Assembly (NCBI GenBank): GCA_052327205.1
Contig: CM126221.1
Location: 79,794,001 to 79,858,000 of the forward strand
Length of the DNA: 64,000 nt
Direction: 5' to 3'
From: Somniosus microcephalus
Taxonomy: Eukaryota
The notes under the pieces: generated by a model
What the model was told of the DNA's origin: nothing
The model's database searches: none
The model's input: only the letters and a program-made list of their open reading frames with translations
Shown: positions 60,166 through 64,000 of the stretch, piece after piece
Numbering within the stretch: position 1 is the first letter of the stretch
Layout: each line of letters opens with the position of its first letter
Position numbers and translations under genes: made by a program

Positions 60166-61179
60166 CTTGCCAGCAGAGGCTGCTCTTAGCTCAGCACACA
60201 CTCGCTCGCTGGCTTGTAGAACATTCTCCTGCCAGCCAGGGCTGGCCTGTTGCTCAAATGATGAGTGTGGGCTGCTGTTATGGGTGTGCGGAAAGGCTGA
60301 AATCTTGTGACTTGAATTGGGGTGTGAGCCTGAGCTTTTAATAAGCAGCTTGGTGTGGGAGAGGAGAGGAGAGAAGGCAGCTCCCCATGTGGGCAGTGCA
60401 AGATTCAAATCTTGCTTTGTTGGACCCCGGGCTGAGACAATAACAGAGCAATTAAGACTGATATCAATTAAACCAGTTTATTGGCAGTCATTCAATAATT
60501 AAAAGCAGCACTTACAACAGCAGAGCATAGTCCAGAATACAGGGTGATCAAACCAGTGTCCTTGGAGAATCGGAGTGATCATCTTGGTGCGTCTTTGCTA
60601 TCTGACTTGAGTTGCCAATCGATAATTCTCAGCACTCTTTAGCTACTCCACTGCAGTGTCCTTTTGGTCTGAGCTCGCAGGATCCTTTTTATACTGGCCA
60701 GTGGGGTGATGTGTATCTTGCCATATATGGATTCTCCTTTTAGTATTAGACACTTATCAGTTGTAGTTATACTATTACATAGGATATACAGCACCAACAG
60801 GCTGTGCTGGATTACATTAATCACAGATCTGTTGTTTGCTATGATTATCATCTCCGCTCCTGAGCAATGAACATTCATCATTGTCTGCACTGGCTGCTTC
60901 CCCATTGACTGCTACACAAGCTATGCTCCCCAGTGAGTGAGTGAAGCTCATGGAGTTCGGAGAGTTGAGGTGGGGGGGGGGGGAGAAGGGCTTGTAGCTT
61001 TGTATGGGTGAGGGAGGCTAAGTACTCGAGGGAGAGAGTGGTGTGAGGGAAGGAGTGAAAAAGGTAAATCTAAACTAGCAAGAGAGGGTGACAGAACGAT
61101 AAGCCAATCAATTAATCAGCTAATGCTTGCAGCCAATGGGGATTGCAGGAGTGTGTCAGGGCAGCGATTAACAATGTAT

Positions 61180-61270
61180 AATCACAGAAACCCCACAGTG
61201 CAGATAGAGGCCATTTCGGCCCATCGAGCCTGCACCGACACATATCCCACCCGATCCCCGTAACCCCATG
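61180..61270 (-). mobile_element. HE1-like SINE 3' tail
   Basis: atcacagaaaccccacagtgcagatagaggccatttcggcccatcgagcc is the reverse complement of ~15460-15544. Confidence 0.8.
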
Positions 61271-61641
61271 TGGCCAGATTAGTGAAGGAATGCTTGGTTT
61301 GTTAAGGGGAGAAGAATGAACCAGAGAGTATTTTACATGAGAGAGAGAGATTAAAAAGAGCATTACAAAACTGTGGATTTATTATTTTGAAAGATATTTA
61401 AAGATGGCATTTTTTGACGAGTTTTTGAAGTTCAATAGATTAATATGGAGGAGACAAATTGAACTGCAATTTCTAGCTAATGCCCGATAAAGGAATGATT
61501 GGATGGTACAATGCAAATGTGTTTAATGATGAATTTCTCTCAAAGGAAAGGATTGAGACAGAGTTAAGGAACAGTAGTAGTAAATAAGCTAGCCAAAGCA
61601 CAAAGCTTTAAATAAAGAGAAGCAGACCACAGTCGGCTATC

Positions 61642-61740
61642 TTCTACTGCCACACTAAATACCCGGTCTGGGCTGCTCTCAGTCACTAACCAGAGACAGG
61701 CCAGGTTAGTATCACCTGGGAACACCAGGTGCAGTAAGCT
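61642..61740 (+). pseudogene. Highly degenerate 5S rRNA pseudogene
   Basis: tctactgccacac...ggccaggttagta...cctgggaacaccaggtgcagtaagct aligns across the length of 5S. Confidence 0.6.
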
Positions 61741-62414
61741 GGTCAGCAGAACCTGCTAGCTGTTCTAATCTACACGGTGAGGCGGCCTTTCATTTAAAAC
61801 TGCGAACCTTTAAGTAAAGTCAGCCAGCTGATGCCCACGGCCACGTACCCCAGGCCCGGAGTGCCCGCGGCCCAGAGTGCCCAGGCCCGGAGTGCCCAGG
61901 ACCGGAGCAGCAGCCGCTTGGTGCGTGATTACTGGCGACAGTTTGACTTTAATTTGGAAAAACTTTGGTGGCGAGATTGGTTTTTGGGTTCATGGGGGGG
62001 GGGGGGAAAAGAGAGGAAGGGCCGGGCCCCTCAAAAGGACAATATTTGCAGGTTGAGATTAATCAGGGAAGACAAGTGAGGGAAAAGAGAAGAAAAGGCC
62101 CAAGGATTGGAGCCGGGACTCGAGGTTTGGGACGGAGACACGGTGGTGGTGCACGGTGTTAAGGGGATCTAATCCAGACTGTGCACGGAGACTGCAGGAC
62201 GGAAGCTGCTTTGGCTGCTGACCGAAATTAAACGTCAGGTCAGTGGCCGAGAGGCGATGGGACGATTTCTATTGGGCTTAAAAAGTTAAGATCAGATTCT
62301 GGAGGTGCTGCTGCTGCATTCTGAGGAGGTGGCAATCTCATTTTTAAACCTACCAGTTTATAAATAGAGGACAAAGTCCTAATTAAAAAAAAAACCTGGA
62401 GCTGTGGGACATTA

Positions 62415-62510
62415 AAATCTGAAAAATGCTGGGGAAAAACTCAGGCGGCCAGGCAACATCCGTGGAGAGAAATAGTCAATGTTTCGGGTCGCAACCCTTC
62501 GTCAAGACTG
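62415..62510 (-). mobile_element. Penelope-type terminal repeat variant with a hammerhead-like core (62474-62509)
   Basis: Minus strand AGTC-TTGACGA-A-GGGTT-GC-GACCC-GAAA-CA-TT-GACT followed by the shared arm. Confidence 0.6.
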
Positions 62511-62932
62511 AAAAAGCAGCTGGCTATGCCTAGGTAAAGTCACCAATTTAATTTCAACTATTGGAACATCGTTAAGACCTGGTGCAGGACTGAGCCTGGG
62601 CATCTCCAGCTTTTCCCCAGTGAGACATCATCTCCCCACCAGAAAACCACCTACATCAAAGACTTTAATTTACATCGGAGAGTTGCAGCCCTGCCAACAC
62701 CCACCCACCATTCCGAGTGGCGACCCTGCCCTTGTGGCCTCCCTCCTTCCCACCCCCTCTCTCGTCTGAGGCACCTCTATCTATTAATTTATTGTCTATT
62801 GAGCTAAGGGGAGAAGTGTGCCTTCAATTTTAACAGCTCCCTCTGCCCAAGGAAGAGAACAAATACCACCAAGATCTTAACATCTTCAGGCCTGTGACTT
62901 GGGGCGAGTGTAGCCCTTAAAAAAAAACAATT

Positions 62933-63559
62933 AGGGCGACCCCATCTTCGCCGGTGGCGGGGTCAGTGAGGATGTACGTGGGTGTGGCAGCCACAGCTAC
63001 TCCCGCTGCCCCGTCACCATTCAAACTTATAACAAAGAAGTATGGGGTAAAGAGCTGCACTCACCCCAACATGACTATTGAGGCGTGTGTTAAAGCCATG
63101 GCTGGGGTGGTCGGCCCCTCAGCCATTGTAACCGCCTCAAAGATGTATGGGAAGGCGGTGTTCTCCCTGGGGTTGGAGCGGGTGGTGTCCCTGGCCATTA
63201 CCAACGTGCTCACTGTGGGCGGGACCTTACTGCCGGTGGATCCTCAAGGCCACCAGGAAAAGGATTGTAATCTGCCACGTCCTGCCCTTTGTTCCTGGTG
63301 AGTTCCTCCTCCCCCCCCACCTGTGTCAACTGGGGGAGGCGAGGTCAGGGATTCCGCCCATCCCGCTCGGCTTCCGAGAAGCCAGCCTTTGCCATGTCTT
63401 CTCCTTCCGGCGCCAGCTCTTTGTCCAGCTGGCGTGGGAGGAGGACGCAGACGGTGCTTTCAGGGTGCACCACGAGATGACAGCCTACCGCGTCTTCTGG
63501 ACGGCAGATGGTGCCACACCTGTAAGGAGGTGGGGCATAAGGAAAAACTGCCCTGCCTC
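62933..63559 (+). mobile_element. Tx1-clade (L1 group) non-LTR retrotransposon ORF1, frameshifted
   Basis: TKKYGVKS...IEACVKAMAGVVGPSAIVTASKMYGKAVF / RIVICHVLPFVP...IPLGFREASLCHVFSFRRQ...YRVFWTADG / CHTCKEVGH..NCP zinc knuckle; closely resembles Xenopus Tx1 ORF1 as I recall it. Confidence 0.8.
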
Positions 63560-64000
63560 TGTGGTGTATGTAACCTGTTCCACCTTAAGAGAACTACCTT
63601 AAGAGATGTACTACTTTCTCTTGGCTGCTGTATACTGTAATACCGGTGGTGACCACACCGGTATATAAGTGTTGTGCAAGGATTTGCTGGGCAGTTCAGC
63701 CCTGACCTTCGAATAGTAAAGACCTGTTAAAAGTTATTCTTGTCTGTGTCCAGTGATTGATCCTAAACCTAACTGGGACATACAGACTCAACAGTGGCGA
63801 CGAGTCCGATCTTGCCCTGTGGCAAATTTACATCCAAGGCAGCTTCGTCCTCAAAACGGGCGTCGAGAAGAGGCATCCGCTCTCATCATCCTGCTGAGCA
63901 CCATCGCATGGGAGGCATCGAGAACCCGGGTTAAAAAGAAAAAGAATTCTGACCACGAAGCCCTCCATCAGCGACAGGCAGTGATCATCCCTTCTACCAC
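63560..64000 (+). mobile_element. 5' LTR (about 63560-63793), PBS and leader of a Gypsy-like LTR retrotransposon, running off the window
   Basis: TGTGG...CAACA termini, TATATAA near 63662, AGTAAA near 63715, immediately followed by the PBS-like gTGGCGACGAG at 63794-63804. Confidence 0.65.

Overview
Eukaryotic (vertebrate) genomic DNA, most likely a cartilaginous fish (shark) judging by the HE1/V-SINE, Deu-domain SINE and CR1 repeat content; no prokaryotic features. From left to right: a tRNA-Trp(CCA) gene (- strand) lies head-to-head with the 8-exon ribosomal protein gene RPL13A (+, 205 aa, 5'TOP). RPL13A introns carry three box C/D snoRNAs: two SNORD33-type and one SNORD34-type. A nested CR1/SINE pile follows, then HNRNPR (+, one non-coding and 10 coding exons, 633 aa) with a CpG-island promoter holding five CCAAT boxes, and then a long gene-poor repeat region. 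Observations beyond the routine annotation: (1) a family of Penelope-type terminal repeats carrying minimal hammerhead-ribozyme cores with covarying stems, two copies being TSD-flanked palindromes with a core on each strand; (2) a decayed tandem array of 5S rRNA units with shared spacers at about 56.9-61.7 kb; (3) next to it, a Tx1-clade ORF1 remnant interrupted by a Gypsy-like LTR plus PBS; (4) a perfect 7x23-bp minisatellite derived from a LINE reverse-transcriptase motif. All family assignments come from recognition of the sequence by eye, not from database searches.
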